DNA of 64,000 nt, from contig CBDBLX010000001.1 of assembly GCA_965207445.1 (NCBI GenBank), positions 32,001-96,000 of the forward strand, read 5' to 3'. Positions within the stretch are counted from its first letter, which is position 1; every line of letters begins with the position of its first letter. This DNA is from Nitrosopumilus sp. Lineage in GTDB: Archaea; Thermoproteota; Nitrososphaeria; Nitrososphaerales; Nitrosopumilaceae. Shown piece after piece: positions 31,729-41,679 of this stretch. The notes under the pieces were generated by a model. That model saw only the letters and a program-made list of their open reading frames with translations, did no database searches and was not told where the DNA came from. A program made the position numbers and the translations under genes.

Positions 31729-32429
31729 CCAATTATACCACAAATCTTGGAGAACAGTCAATGAAACCTGTAATAGGTCAGAGGAACAGTCGTCTGCAGT
31801 TGAAGAGTGACAAGGGGCAGAAAATCTCTGTGTAATATTTAGTTGTGTTGAGACGTGGAAGATGCGTGGACTAAATGTTTAGTAGTTGTGTAAAACTATT
31901 GGTCCATCGTCTGATGATATATCTTAAAAATATATGATCTTGTTATTATGCCAAAATAGGTTGGTTCATACCACAAAATCCATGGGCGACACACCACCTG
32001 CTTCCATGTCTGTGGCAGGCAAATGGGTGGAGTCGGCCCGACGGTTGTTGTGTAGAGGCGCTTCCATGTTTCTCTAGTTACGCATGTCTACGCAGTGCGT
32101 CCCGAAATTCGCGTGCTGTCAAGTTGGTGTGTGATGGTGTATCCGTAAGTACATACGAACTTGACGCTCCCTCCCACCAACCAACTCTGTTTCCTAATTG
32201 TACCTGTAGATACACCATTTGTCATCCGACAGAGACTCGGCAGGCGTCATGAGGCGAGTTAGAAAACAAAGATTCCCTACCAAATAGTTTACAAAGAGTA
32301 GATGCGGTAGAAAAATTTCACTATCCTGCAAGAATGGTAATCGGTAGGAACAACACTGTTATCGACAGTTAATGCAAGGATCTTCAAAAGACACTCCGGA
32401 TTTGGAAAGACCTCCTTATATAACGCAGG

Positions 32430-33251
32430 ATGCGAGGATATACAATGACTGCAAAACGTACAAAAACAGCTTTGATTCTATGCATGCTTGCAACGTTTGC
32501 TATGGCTTCGGTGCAATATACGGCTGCAATTAGCAGTGACACGCCGCAACACGTTGATGATTCCCGGATGGTTACTTTTCTTGACAATGTGATTGACAAA
32601 ACCGGAACAACCATAACCGAACACACGCTTGATGACTCGTCTGTTGTTACTGTTACAAATACCGTAACGCCTACAGGGAGTAACACGTACATAGTACAGT
32701 CGATAGCTGCTTATCGTGGTGTCACTATTAACAACGAAACCATTACAGTTACGGAGAATGCCGACAACACGATCCATATGATCAACGAAAAGCACGGATT
32801 TAATGTCGTGTTTGGCCGTGGGGACAGTAGTGGTTTTAATGAGCATGGACAGATACAGGTACGCAACTCAAAAACCATTCACCCCCTAGGTAGTGGAAGT
32901 TCGGACATATCAGGCGCCAAAGTGGATCTGTATGATAGTGGCTACAAGGCAACGTGGGAGGAACTACTGCGCTTGGAAGACCGTTATGAACAGTGTAATC
33001 TTAGAGATTACGAGACTTCCGCAGTTGTATTAGGCAACGACTATTCGACAACTGTCCACTGGAACTTTGATCAGTTTTATTTCCATTGGTGCATACTAGG
33101 ACACTCTGTAGACAACGGTGAAATATCGTTCCAAGGAAACACGTATGAGTGGTCTGGAAGCAGTAACCGAGCAGACTATCGCGACTTCTCGCACGGGTCA
33201 AACACGGGTTCGTTCAGAGTAGAGGCTGACGCATGGTATGGAAGCTGGTAA
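32430..33251 (+). CDS. Secreted hypothetical protein (signal peptide), transposon cargo
   Basis: Basic N-terminus, hydrophobic core and YTAA-type cleavage region; TTATATAA upstream at ~32416. Confidence 0.75.
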   Translation: MRGYTMTAKRTKTALILCMLATFAMASVQYTAAISSDTPQHVDDSRMVTFLDNVIDKTGTTITEHTLDDSSVVTVTNTVTPTGSNTYIVQSIAAYRGVTINNETITVTENADNTIHMINEKHGFNVVFGRGDSSGFNEHGQIQVRNSKTIHPLGSGSSDISGAKVDLYDSGYKATWEELLRLEDRYEQCNLRDYETSAVVLGNDYSTTVHWNFDQFYFHWCILGHSVDNGEISFQGNTYEWSGSSNRADYRDFSHGSNTGSFRVEADAWYGSW

Positions 33252-33561
33252 GTTCCATCTACTCCCTTTATTTTCTTGGAAGTTCTTTGCACATTGTGCG
33301 GTTTTCATCACTAGTATTGGCTGGTCGTTCTATCTAGTTCAAATGGCATTTTTGGCGGTCAGTGGATCATTCTTTGATCTGGAATATTATCTTACATCCC
33401 GTCTTGGCCATGTAGATTTTATATTAATCTACGCGACAATAACATTTCTCGTAATATTCGGATTGTTCAAAAAGAACATGCTAAAAAAAAATATGTCTTT
33501 TATTTTGATTTGTGTGGCTGTGGTTCTTAATCTCGTCTTAAGGTTGACTGTTATGGCATGA
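33238..33561 (+). CDS. Small membrane protein (about 3 TM) coupled to the secreted protein
   Basis: Three hydrophobic segments; 14-bp overlap with the upstream gene. Confidence 0.65.
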   Translation: MEAGKFHLLPLFSWKFFAHCAVFITSIGWSFYLVQMAFLAVSGSFFDLEYYLTSRLGHVDFILIYATITFLVIFGLFKKNMLKKNMSFILICVAVVLNLVLRLTVMA

Positions 33562-34265
33562 ATTCGGCCTTTGGTACCCTGTGGGGGTAACAAGGTGGTT
33601 TCCTTATGCTGTTCAGCGCTCTCAAGAGGTGATCATGATGTCGTTGCGGACATCTCTCTGTCCGATGCCTCCAATCTCCTAGATTTTGTCGTTAGCGTCC
33701 GTGTACCAGTTTATACAGGGACTAAAGTCTGCATGATCTGCCTACTTGTTCGCACGTCTACGGGTCACGCAGACTTTACAGTCCATCCTGTAGTGATTGA
33801 CATAGGTTCACGCCAATTGCCACTTCTCAGTCGTTTGGATGTTGGTCTTCTGTTGCTGACTAACGTACCTAGCGCCTCAATCCACTTCTCGCAGAGTTCG
33901 AATTGAGACCAACTCGAACCCATCTGGCAGGATTAAATCTTACTTTGCCCCGAACCTGCATGTTGACAGGCACGAATCCGGATGGCAAAATTCGAGCTGA
34001 AACCGATTCGAAAAACGTGATAGCGGGCCTAAAGGTGTTCGGACCCCAATTGGGGTGCGAATACCCAACACATGACGGCAGAAAGCGAACCGGGACGCTT
34101 ACAGTATACATACCCCTTTTTCATTTGTGTATGTATTTGATCTGATTGAGTTTAAGCATTTATCAAGGGCGTGTGATACACTGTACACTGCAGTGCGCAA
34201 ACCAACTTCTACATATGATTGCGTCTTTGTGAGATGTTCTGCGTCTCCGGGCTGGATTTAGAAGC

Positions 34266-34346
34266 GTAACCGTTCAACCCCTTCCCAAATTTTGGCACAA
34301 ATTCACCGCCTAACGTCTGGCGCAGGTACAGGGGTGGAACGGTTAC
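34266..34346. mobile_element. 81-bp IS66-type MITE (copy 1), forming the right end of the composite element
   Basis: TIRs GTAACCGTTCAACCCC / GGGGTGGAACGGTTAC; 75/81 identical to 47587-47667. Confidence 0.88.
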
Positions 34347-35191
34347 ACTTTACCATACTCAAAGGTTTGTATACCAGACGTTAAAATTTTATATGAAAAT
34401 ATAGCATCAGCATCCTTTTTAGAATTAATATTATGATCATGATATGTAGTAACGGTTTTCTGTTGATTAAAATAATTATCATATATGGCACACGATACAT
34501 ACCCATACAGCTGTTTTTTTTGTGCAACAGTATCTTTTTCACTTATCAAATGTATCTTTATGTGTGAAAAGAGATCAACTTCTGCGGCCATATTCTCGAC
34601 CTCTTTGTCATCAAAGACACGTACCATATTACTAGTCATTACAGTCACACCATAATGTACTGCAAGTCTTGCCAAATTGCGCATATATCTGAAAAATTTT
34701 TGACTCTTTTCTCGCAAATCTCCATACCGGCTGTATTCGTATGAAAACAAATCAGTCAAGCTATCAATCACTACCAGATCAAAAGGACAATTACCATAAA
34801 GTAATTTTTCTACCAATCTCATCTGCTCTGATACACTCTGCACTCTGGCAACAGATATTGCATCAAGTATGTCAGTTATACTATTGACATGTTGCTGTTC
34901 GGATATCTTGTCATTTTGGCCGTTATTTTGGTTGAGACTTGTTGCCATCTCCATTATCCTCTCTGGCCTAAACGTACCTGCAGTATCCACATACAACACA
35001 CGTCTGCGCTCACCATATATGGCAAACCTACAAGCAGCCTGCAGTAACATCTGAGTCTTACCAGTACCGTGTCTGCCAAACACATCTACAATAACACCAG
35101 ACGGAATCCCACCTCCAAACATATCATCCAAAACATCCACACCAACTGCAACAACACGTCTACTAGTTGATCTATCTGTCAATTCGATCAC
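34343..35191 (-). CDS. RadA/Rad51-family paralog (RadB-like ATPase)
   Basis: LDDMFGGGIP, GRHGTGKTQ, YVDTAGTFRPERI, LVVIDS; lacks the RadA N-terminal HhH domain. Confidence 0.85.
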   Translation of the reverse strand: MIELTDRSTSRRVVAVGVDVLDDMFGGGIPSGVIVDVFGRHGTGKTQMLLQAACRFAIYGERRRVLYVDTAGTFRPERIMEMATSLNQNNGQNDKISEQQHVNSITDILDAISVARVQSVSEQMRLVEKLLYGNCPFDLVVIDSLTDLFSYEYSRYGDLREKSQKFFRYMRNLARLAVHYGVTVMTSNMVRVFDDKEVENMAAEVDLFSHIKIHLISEKDTVAQKKQLYGYVSCAIYDNYFNQQKTVTTYHDHNINSKKDADAIFSYKILTSGIQTFEYGKV

Positions 35192-35240
35192 AAAACTGAT
35201 CTACACAGCACAACACATAAGGCTTTTATTCAAGACTTTC

Positions 35241-35510
35241 ATGCACAAATCAAGTGAAAAATTAGTGTCCCAGACCAATACAGCAAAGAGACCATTGACT
35301 ACTCTACAAAAAAACACAAAGAGACTAGTCACAGTCAGGCTAAAAAATGAAGTAGAATACAAAGGCAGAATGAGCAACATTGATGCATACATGAACCTAA
35401 TCATGGTTGATGCTGAAGAGTTGCACAATGGTAAAACAATAGCAAATTACGGCAGAGTTATAGTTAGAGGAAATAACGTACTGTTCATAAAACTAGAAGA
35501 TGAACTATGA
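35241..35510 (+). CDS. Sm-like (Lsm/SmAP) RNA-binding protein
   Basis: RPL..L, VRLKN..EYKG, DAYMNL, YGRVIVRGNNVLFI. Confidence 0.92.
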   Translation: MHKSSEKLVSQTNTAKRPLTTLQKNTKRLVTVRLKNEVEYKGRMSNIDAYMNLIMVDAEELHNGKTIANYGRVIVRGNNVLFIKLEDEL

Positions 35511-35525
35511 CTCGAGGCATTAATC

Positions 35526-36689
35526 ATGGCCAGTTTCCTATTCACCTCTGAATCAGTAACAGAAGGTCATCCAGACAAGATATGCGACAACATATCAGAT
35601 GCATTTGTAGATGCATACCTGCAACAAGACCCAGATGCTCGAGTTGCAGTAGAGACACTCGTCACTACGGATTTTGTAGTTGTGGCAGGCGAGTACAAAT
35701 CAGACATAGCAAATGTCGATGAGACAACACAAGAGAAACTAGTAAGAGATACCATCAGAGAGATAGGATATAATGACAAGAGTCTAGGGTTTGATGCAGA
35801 CACCTGCCAAATAATACTCAAAGTACACCAACAGAGTCAAGATATCAGCATGGGCGTGACGGCAACGTCTCGGCGAGAGCAAGGTGCAGGAGATCAAGGG
35901 TTGATGTTCGGCTATGCCACAAATGAGACACCAGAGTTAATGCCAATGCCAATTATACTTGCACATAAATTAACAAAGAGACTCTCTCAAGTCCGAAGAG
36001 ACAACACCATACCATGGATCAGACCAGATGGTAAATCTCAAGTCTCTGTACAGTATAAAGACGGCAAGCCCACAAGTGTTGATGCAGTTGTAATATCAAC
36101 ACAACATGCAGATGACATCTCACAACAAGTTATCACCCAACAGATCACAGATGTGGTGATAAAGCCCGTGCTAGGGGACATGTACAATGACAATATAGTA
36201 ATACACATCAATCCTACTGGCAGATTCGTGACGGGTGGTCCCAAAGGAGACACCGGTCTTACAGGCCGCAAGATAATAGTTGATACGTATGGTGGATTTG
36301 GAAGACATGGTGGGGGGGCATTTTCAGGCAAGGACCCATCAAAGGTAGACAGGTCAGCATGTTACATGTGCAGATATATTGCAAAAAATATTATTGCAGC
36401 AGGAATTGCTGAGAGATGTGAGGTTCAGATTGCATATGCAATCGGAGTGGCAGAGCCAGTCTCACTTTATGTCAATACTTTTGGAACAGGTCGCATTACA
36501 GATGAGAACATAACAAAAATGGTAAGGGAGAACTTTGATATGAAACCAGCGGCCATAATATCAAAATTAAACCTCAAACACATATCATACAAGAAGACAG
36601 CATCATATGGTCATTTTGGTAGAGACGAGTTTACGTGGGAAAAGACAGACATGGCACAGACATTAAGGCAGTATGCCGACAGTCTCTAA
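35526..36689 (+). CDS. metK: S-adenosylmethionine synthetase (bacterial type)
   Basis: [35 protein letters not shown]. Confidence 0.97.
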   Translation: MASFLFTSESVTEGHPDKICDNISDAFVDAYLQQDPDARVAVETLVTTDFVVVAGEYKSDIANVDETTQEKLVRDTIREIGYNDKSLGFDADTCQIILKVHQQSQDISMGVTATSRREQGAGDQGLMFGYATNETPELMPMPIILAHKLTKRLSQVRRDNTIPWIRPDGKSQVSVQYKDGKPTSVDAVVISTQHADDISQQVITQQITDVVIKPVLGDMYNDNIVIHINPTGRFVTGGPKGDTGLTGRKIIVDTYGGFGRHGGGAFSGKDPSKVDRSACYMCRYIAKNIIAAGIAERCEVQIAYAIGVAEPVSLYVNTFGTGRITDENITKMVRENFDMKPAAIISKLNLKHISYKKTASYGHFGRDEFTWEKTDMAQTLRQYADSL

Positions 36690-37682
36690 CTGTTTTACAA
36701 CAGAAAATAGAGTAATTCCAGTAGTTTGTGATATTTTGGTATGATCACTGACAAAGCCGCCTGCAATCACACCTAAATCATCGACTCCAAATATGGTATC
36801 AGTTTTACTACTATGTGATAACGCTTTTTTATACAGTGCCTCCATAGAGACTGGATTTATCTCCACATCATATGCTTTAGCAAGCAAAGACATGTAAGTG
36901 AAAAATGGTATGCAGTCCGGACCTACCAAATCAAGTGTTGTACTAAAAGTAGTGTTTTCAACAAGTTTTTTGATTGCCCATATTATTATATTTGTCACAT
37001 CATCTATATGAATTGGCTGTATGAGACTGTTGCAATTAAATATGTCAAGTGGCTCTTTTGTGCCAGATATTTTGTGCTTGTGTACATATGAGGATAGATA
37101 ATCCATGCGTCGTCGTTGTGGTGCAATGGTGTGCTGCTGCCCCCCTACTACATAAGATGGGCGAAGCACAACATGATTTAGTTTTGATTCAACAACCACA
37201 CATTCGGCAGCATATTTGGCAGCAAGGTATGCAATTGGTGTGTGCAAAGACGCACCCAGTCCACTCATATGTACAATGTTCGGTATACCGGCTCTCTGTG
37301 CCAAAAATACTGCAAGTGATGCTGTACGAACAATAGAGTCTTCGAATCTACATAGAGCCGATTGCCTGCCATTGCCTGCAAGATTTATCAGCACATCAAA
37401 GTGTCTGATAACAGACAAGATATTTGCCAAACTTTCATTTGGTGTAATATTGCACTTTTCATAATTATCGAGCCGGGAATCATTATTATCTAATTCATAA
37501 TACTTGTAATCATCAGGATTAATGCGCTCAAAAGAATCAGATCCATGATATAGAGGCTCAAGTGTCTTGTGCGATAGTGTGATTATACAAACATCTTTTA
37601 AAAGTAATGAGGTTTTGAGTTTGTGGTATAAAGCACTACCAATGAAACCATTTGCACCTATAATGGCAACTTGCGTACTCAC
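36663..37682 (-). CDS. NAD-dependent epimerase/dehydratase (atypical SDR)
   Basis: [38 protein letters not shown]. Confidence 0.85.
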   Translation of the reverse strand: MSTQVAIIGANGFIGSALYHKLKTSLLLKDVCIITLSHKTLEPLYHGSDSFERINPDDYKYYELDNNDSRLDNYEKCNITPNESLANILSVIRHFDVLINLAGNGRQSALCRFEDSIVRTASLAVFLAQRAGIPNIVHMSGLGASLHTPIAYLAAKYAAECVVVESKLNHVVLRPSYVVGGQQHTIAPQRRRMDYLSSYVHKHKISGTKEPLDIFNCNSLIQPIHIDDVTNIIIWAIKKLVENTTFSTTLDLVGPDCIPFFTYMSLLAKAYDVEINPVSMEALYKKALSHSSKTDTIFGVDDLGVIAGGFVSDHTKISQTTGITLFSVVKQLETVGILP

Positions 37683-38960
37683 ACAAATAAGATGATCATT
37701 GTAGTTTTAAGTGTAATCAACATAACACAAACAAAAATACTACTAGACGTAAGATATGATATGCACGAGGAAAAAAACAAGATATTAAATACAGTAGATG
37801 ATTATATAGAAGGAAGAGTCCAACTCACCCAACAGATACTTGATCAATATAACAACAGTGTACAAAAAGACGGACAGCGCACAGGGTATACAACTGGTAG
37901 TTGTGCTGCTGCTGCTGCCACTGCTGCACTAAAAGCCATACTAACGGCAAGGGCCACATATGGCATATTGATATCCTTGCCAAAACAACGCCGACTCTTA
38001 ATACCAATCAAAAAGTGCGTCTTTGATGATAGTTCTGCTACATGTACAGTAATCAAAGATGGAGGAGATGATCCTGACGTCACTCACGGGGCCGAAATTA
38101 TAGTCAGACTCGAATTAACTGATAACACAAATATCATAGAGATTACAGGTGGAGAGGGAGTCGGAATAGTCACAAAGCCCGGACTCGGTCTCACACTCAA
38201 TGAATCTGCGATCAATCCTGTACCAAAAAAGATCATAGAAGAGAATCTTAGAGCAGAGATACCATCTAATATGCTAAACACATATGGCATAAAGGCCACA
38301 ATTATAGTGCCAAAAGGTAAAGAATTAGGACCTAAAACAGATAATCCACGACTAGGAATAATAGGTGGAATCTCAATACTAGGAACAAGTGGCATTGTCA
38401 TACCATTTTCTACTGCATCATACGCAGCATCAATCAGACAAAACCTAGATGTGGCAATTGCAATGGGTGAGGATGTAGTTGTGCTGACTACGGGTGGCAG
38501 AAGTGAAGAATTTGCAAAAAAAGCCATTGCAGATTTACCAGATCACTGTTTTATTCAGATGGGGGACTTTGTAGGATATTCTGTTAGTGAGTGCGCAAAG
38601 AGATCAGAGCACATCAAACAGGTGTATGTTGTTGGATTTATAGGTAAATTAGCAAAGATGGCAAAAGGTGTGAGACAGACACATGTCAAAGGCTCAAAGG
38701 TAGATACAAAGTTTCTTGCAAATTTGGCGCAACAAGTAGGAGCAGACCACCATACCATACAAATGGTATCCAAAGCAAATACAGCAAGACACGTATTGGA
38801 GATTATATCAGAAACCAAACACGCAAAGCGGTTCTTTGGGATTTTGTGTCACAATGTGTATGAGCATATGATAAAACATGCACGATCTGAGAAAATTCCA
38901 ATTCAAGTGTTACTCTTTGATTTTGATGGTTGTGTGTTGGCAAAAGCAGATGGTAATTAA
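37671..38960 (+). CDS. cbiD: Cobalt-precorrin-5B C1-methyltransferase (start probably ~37761)
   Basis: GYTTGSCAAAA, KDGGDDPDVTHG, NPRLGIIGGISILGTSG. Confidence 0.95.
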   Translation: MRTHTNKMIIVVLSVINITQTKILLDVRYDMHEEKNKILNTVDDYIEGRVQLTQQILDQYNNSVQKDGQRTGYTTGSCAAAAATAALKAILTARATYGILISLPKQRRLLIPIKKCVFDDSSATCTVIKDGGDDPDVTHGAEIIVRLELTDNTNIIEITGGEGVGIVTKPGLGLTLNESAINPVPKKIIEENLRAEIPSNMLNTYGIKATIIVPKGKELGPKTDNPRLGIIGGISILGTSGIVIPFSTASYAASIRQNLDVAIAMGEDVVVLTTGGRSEEFAKKAIADLPDHCFIQMGDFVGYSVSECAKRSEHIKQVYVVGFIGKLAKMAKGVRQTHVKGSKVDTKFLANLAQQVGADHHTIQMVSKANTARHVLEIISETKHAKRFFGILCHNVYEHMIKHARSEKIPIQVLLFDFDGCVLAKADGN

Positions 38961-39015
38961 TTGTACAGTTTGACACTTTCACAAGGTATTTTATAAAAAT
39001 CATTTTACGACACAT

Positions 39016-40104
39016 ATGGCAGGCGACAATAATATAGCAATATTGGCAATTACAAAACATGGTATTAGCACTAGTCTAAAATTACACAAATATTTTCCAG
39101 AATGGATAGTATACGCACCAGAAAAATTTGCAGCTACATATGAGTGCGACAAGCGCGTGAAATGGTATACTGATACAACATCACACATGATACCTCAAAT
39201 CTTTGGCAAATACAACGGTATGATATGCATGTTCTCACTTGGAGCTACCATACGATTAATTGCGCCACATATGAAAGACAAAAAGACGGATCCGGCAGTC
39301 TTGGTGATAGATGAGATGGCCAATTTTGTAATCAGTGTATTGTCAGGACATATTGGTGGCGCAAATTATTTGGCAAAGACAGTTGCACAAAAGATAGGCG
39401 CACAAGCAGTAATCACTACGGCAGCTGATGTCAAGAATACCATACCAGTAGATATGGTGGGGCGAGACCTCAAATGGGTCATACAAGATGACACTCACAT
39501 TACAGCAGTCAGTGCACATATGGTCAATGAAGATAAAATTGGCATATACCAGGATGCAGGGACTGGCATCAAAGAGTGGTATAATAAAGAGTTGCCAGCA
39601 AATGTTCACATTTATGAGACACTTGATGAGATGTACAAGTCAGATGCAGTAGCATATCTTATCATAACTGACAAGATAATCATCAAACCAGATATTAGCA
39701 AACCGACTGTAGTGTATAGACCCCCCACACTAATAGTAGGAGTTGGATTGCACTATAACACAACAGCACAGACTATCATAGATGGCATTACACATACATT
39801 TGAAAAGTACAGACTTGCAAAAAAGAGCATTGCAAAGATCTCTTCTATGAAAAAACCTGTTGATATACCAGGGTTAGCACAGGCAGCAAAAGAACTCGAC
39901 GTGCAGTTATTATTGCATGAAAAGGATAGATTGGCAGAAATTAAAGTGCCAAATCCATCTGATACTGTAAAATCCTTTGAGGGTACGGCAAGCGTATCAG
40001 AAGCATCATGTATGATATCATGCAATATGGGTAGTTTAATAGTAGAGAAACAGAAATTTCCACCAGACTTGACAATAGCAGTAGCAAGGGAAGAGGCGGG
40101 GTGA
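39016..40104 (+). CDS. cbiG: Cobalt-precorrin-5A hydrolase
   Basis: KDKKTDPAVLVIDE, SGHIGGAN, VITTAAD, SVSEAS. Confidence 0.93.
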   Translation: MAGDNNIAILAITKHGISTSLKLHKYFPEWIVYAPEKFAATYECDKRVKWYTDTTSHMIPQIFGKYNGMICMFSLGATIRLIAPHMKDKKTDPAVLVIDEMANFVISVLSGHIGGANYLAKTVAQKIGAQAVITTAADVKNTIPVDMVGRDLKWVIQDDTHITAVSAHMVNEDKIGIYQDAGTGIKEWYNKELPANVHIYETLDEMYKSDAVAYLIITDKIIIKPDISKPTVVYRPPTLIVGVGLHYNTTAQTIIDGITHTFEKYRLAKKSIAKISSMKKPVDIPGLAQAAKELDVQLLLHEKDRLAEIKVPNPSDTVKSFEGTASVSEASCMISCNMGSLIVEKQKFPPDLTIAVAREEAG

Positions 40105-40886
40105 TGATGAACAACAACAACAAAAGACGTGGCTTGTTACTAATTGATAGAGGAAGTCGTGAACGTGAAGCATCAGAAGAACTAGAGAGTATTTGCGCAG
40201 GTGTAAAAGAGAAAGGAAATTATGAATTTGCAGAGTACTGTTTTTTGGAGGTAGAGCCACCATATATTGAGGATGGTATGCTAAAGTGCCTCAAGCCAAA
40301 TATAATAGACACACTAACTATTGTGCCATACTTTTTGTATCCTGGCAAAAAGGTCAAAAACGCAGTAACAGATGCCATATCATACCAAGACAAGACAGAC
40401 ATCAAACTGCTAGTCACAAGGGCAATGAGTATGCACAGCACATTAATTGATATCGTGTATAGCCGTGTTGCAGCAGCACTGCAAGACAACAATATCACAG
40501 CACCAGATTCAGAGATAGATGTAATGATAATAGGGCATGGGAGCATGGATCCGAATGCTCAAAGATCTATGGATTATATAATAAATGGTCTCAAAGACAG
40601 ATATCGTAACATTAGTAGGTGCTGGCTTGAGATAGAACAGCCAGACATATTTGCAGGAATAAAAAAGTGTGAGGCAGACTGCCCAAATGTACTAGTTGTT
40701 GTGTTTTACTTTTTGCATGAAGGCGCACATGTTAAAACTGACATAAATAGTGACTTGTTGCCAGCACTTGAAAAATCAACTATAAAAAATGTATACATTA
40801 CAAAACATATAGGCACAGATGAACGAATAGTCGACCTAATAGTAGAGAGAGCCAAAGAGGTAGAGTCAGCAATTGTCACAGACTAA
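40101..40886 (+). CDS. cbiX: Sirohydrochlorin cobaltochelatase (two-domain CbiX)
   Basis: LLLIDRGSR, FLEVEPP, PYFLYPG, IIGHGS, FLHEGAHV. Confidence 0.88.
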   Translation: MMMNNNNKRRGLLLIDRGSREREASEELESICAGVKEKGNYEFAEYCFLEVEPPYIEDGMLKCLKPNIIDTLTIVPYFLYPGKKVKNAVTDAISYQDKTDIKLLVTRAMSMHSTLIDIVYSRVAAALQDNNITAPDSEIDVMIIGHGSMDPNAQRSMDYIINGLKDRYRNISRCWLEIEQPDIFAGIKKCEADCPNVLVVVFYFLHEGAHVKTDINSDLLPALEKSTIKNVYITKHIGTDERIVDLIVERAKEVESAIVTD

Positions 40887-41526
40887 CAGGGGCCAGTCAA
40901 TTGAAGATGAAAGCATGCGCATCATCGACTCTGAAATTGATGGTAAGAGCATATATGGTGAGAAAGAGTGGAAGATAGTAAGGCGTGTGATACATGCAAC
41001 AGCAGACTTTGATTTTGCTACAGATGGCAAGATCATATTTTACCACAATGCAGTAAAAAGTGGCATGCAGGCACTCAAAAATAGATGTAATATCATAATT
41101 GATGTAAATGGAGTGATAGGTGGACTCAACAAGCAAAATCCAAAAGACTTTGGAAACGAGATAATATGTAAGATATCAGACCCTCAGATAGCACAGATGG
41201 CAAGGGAAATGTCTCTGACTAGATCACAGACTGCCATGCGCATGTTAGCCGACGAGATGAATGGTGGTATAGTAGCAATCGGCAATGCACCTACGGCACT
41301 CAGAGAGGTCATAAAGATGACAAGGGAGAAAGTTACAAAACCAGCGCTAGTGATAGGCATGCCTGTGGGTTTTGTTGATGCTGCAGAGTCAAAACACGAA
41401 TTATCAACACTGCAAGATGATAATATACCATTTATTACAAATGTAGGTAGAAAGGGAGGGAGTCCGGCCACATCTGCTATAATAAATGCCATGTATAAGA
41501 TGATCAGAGAAGAAACTGCAAATTAA
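40873..41526 (+). CDS. cbiC: Cobalt-precorrin-8 methylmutase
   Basis: IEDESMRII, RVIHATADF, IGNAPTAL, GMPVGFV, GRKGGS. Confidence 0.95.
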   Translation: MSQTNRGQSIEDESMRIIDSEIDGKSIYGEKEWKIVRRVIHATADFDFATDGKIIFYHNAVKSGMQALKNRCNIIIDVNGVIGGLNKQNPKDFGNEIICKISDPQIAQMAREMSLTRSQTAMRMLADEMNGGIVAIGNAPTALREVIKMTREKVTKPALVIGMPVGFVDAAESKHELSTLQDDNIPFITNVGRKGGSPATSAIINAMYKMIREETAN

Positions 41527-41679
41527 AATGGTATATGGTATTGAAATTTTATGCCATGTATTGCGATACCATTACGATTGCATTACGATGTTATATTACC
41601 ACATTATATTATCATATTATACTATCATATAATACATATATACAAATCAATATACTAAAAATTATTTATAAACATTCAA

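Larger units (their letters stand above)
29290..31880 (+). pseudogene. Decayed IS66 transposase interrupted by an IS5-like element
   Basis: CLDCG, MNET, RDGYRGY, QRCTQH, APELFTFV before the insertion; TNLGEQSMKPVIGQR...SDKG after 31738. Confidence 0.85.
29237..34346. mobile_element. 5.1-kb IS66-derived composite element with cargo
   Basis: GTAACCGTTCAACCCC at 29237 and GGGGTGGAACGGTTAC ending 34346; 9-bp duplication ACTTTACCA at 29228-29236 and 34347-34355. Confidence 0.85.

Noticed and set aside
31981..31995. GGCGACACACC shared with the DUF3800-linked RNA (15026-15036) as a guide-target match
   Set aside because: An 11-nt exact match is expected by chance in 64 kb, and it lies in a stem of the RNA
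33571..34145. ORFs 33571-33906, 33869-34111 and 33903-34145
   Set aside because: Overlapping, motif-less frames; probably a decayed minus-strand gene, not assignable
35526..36689. Bacterial-type MetK and the cobalamin cluster as novelties
   Set aside because: Expected for ammonia-oxidising archaea to my knowledge
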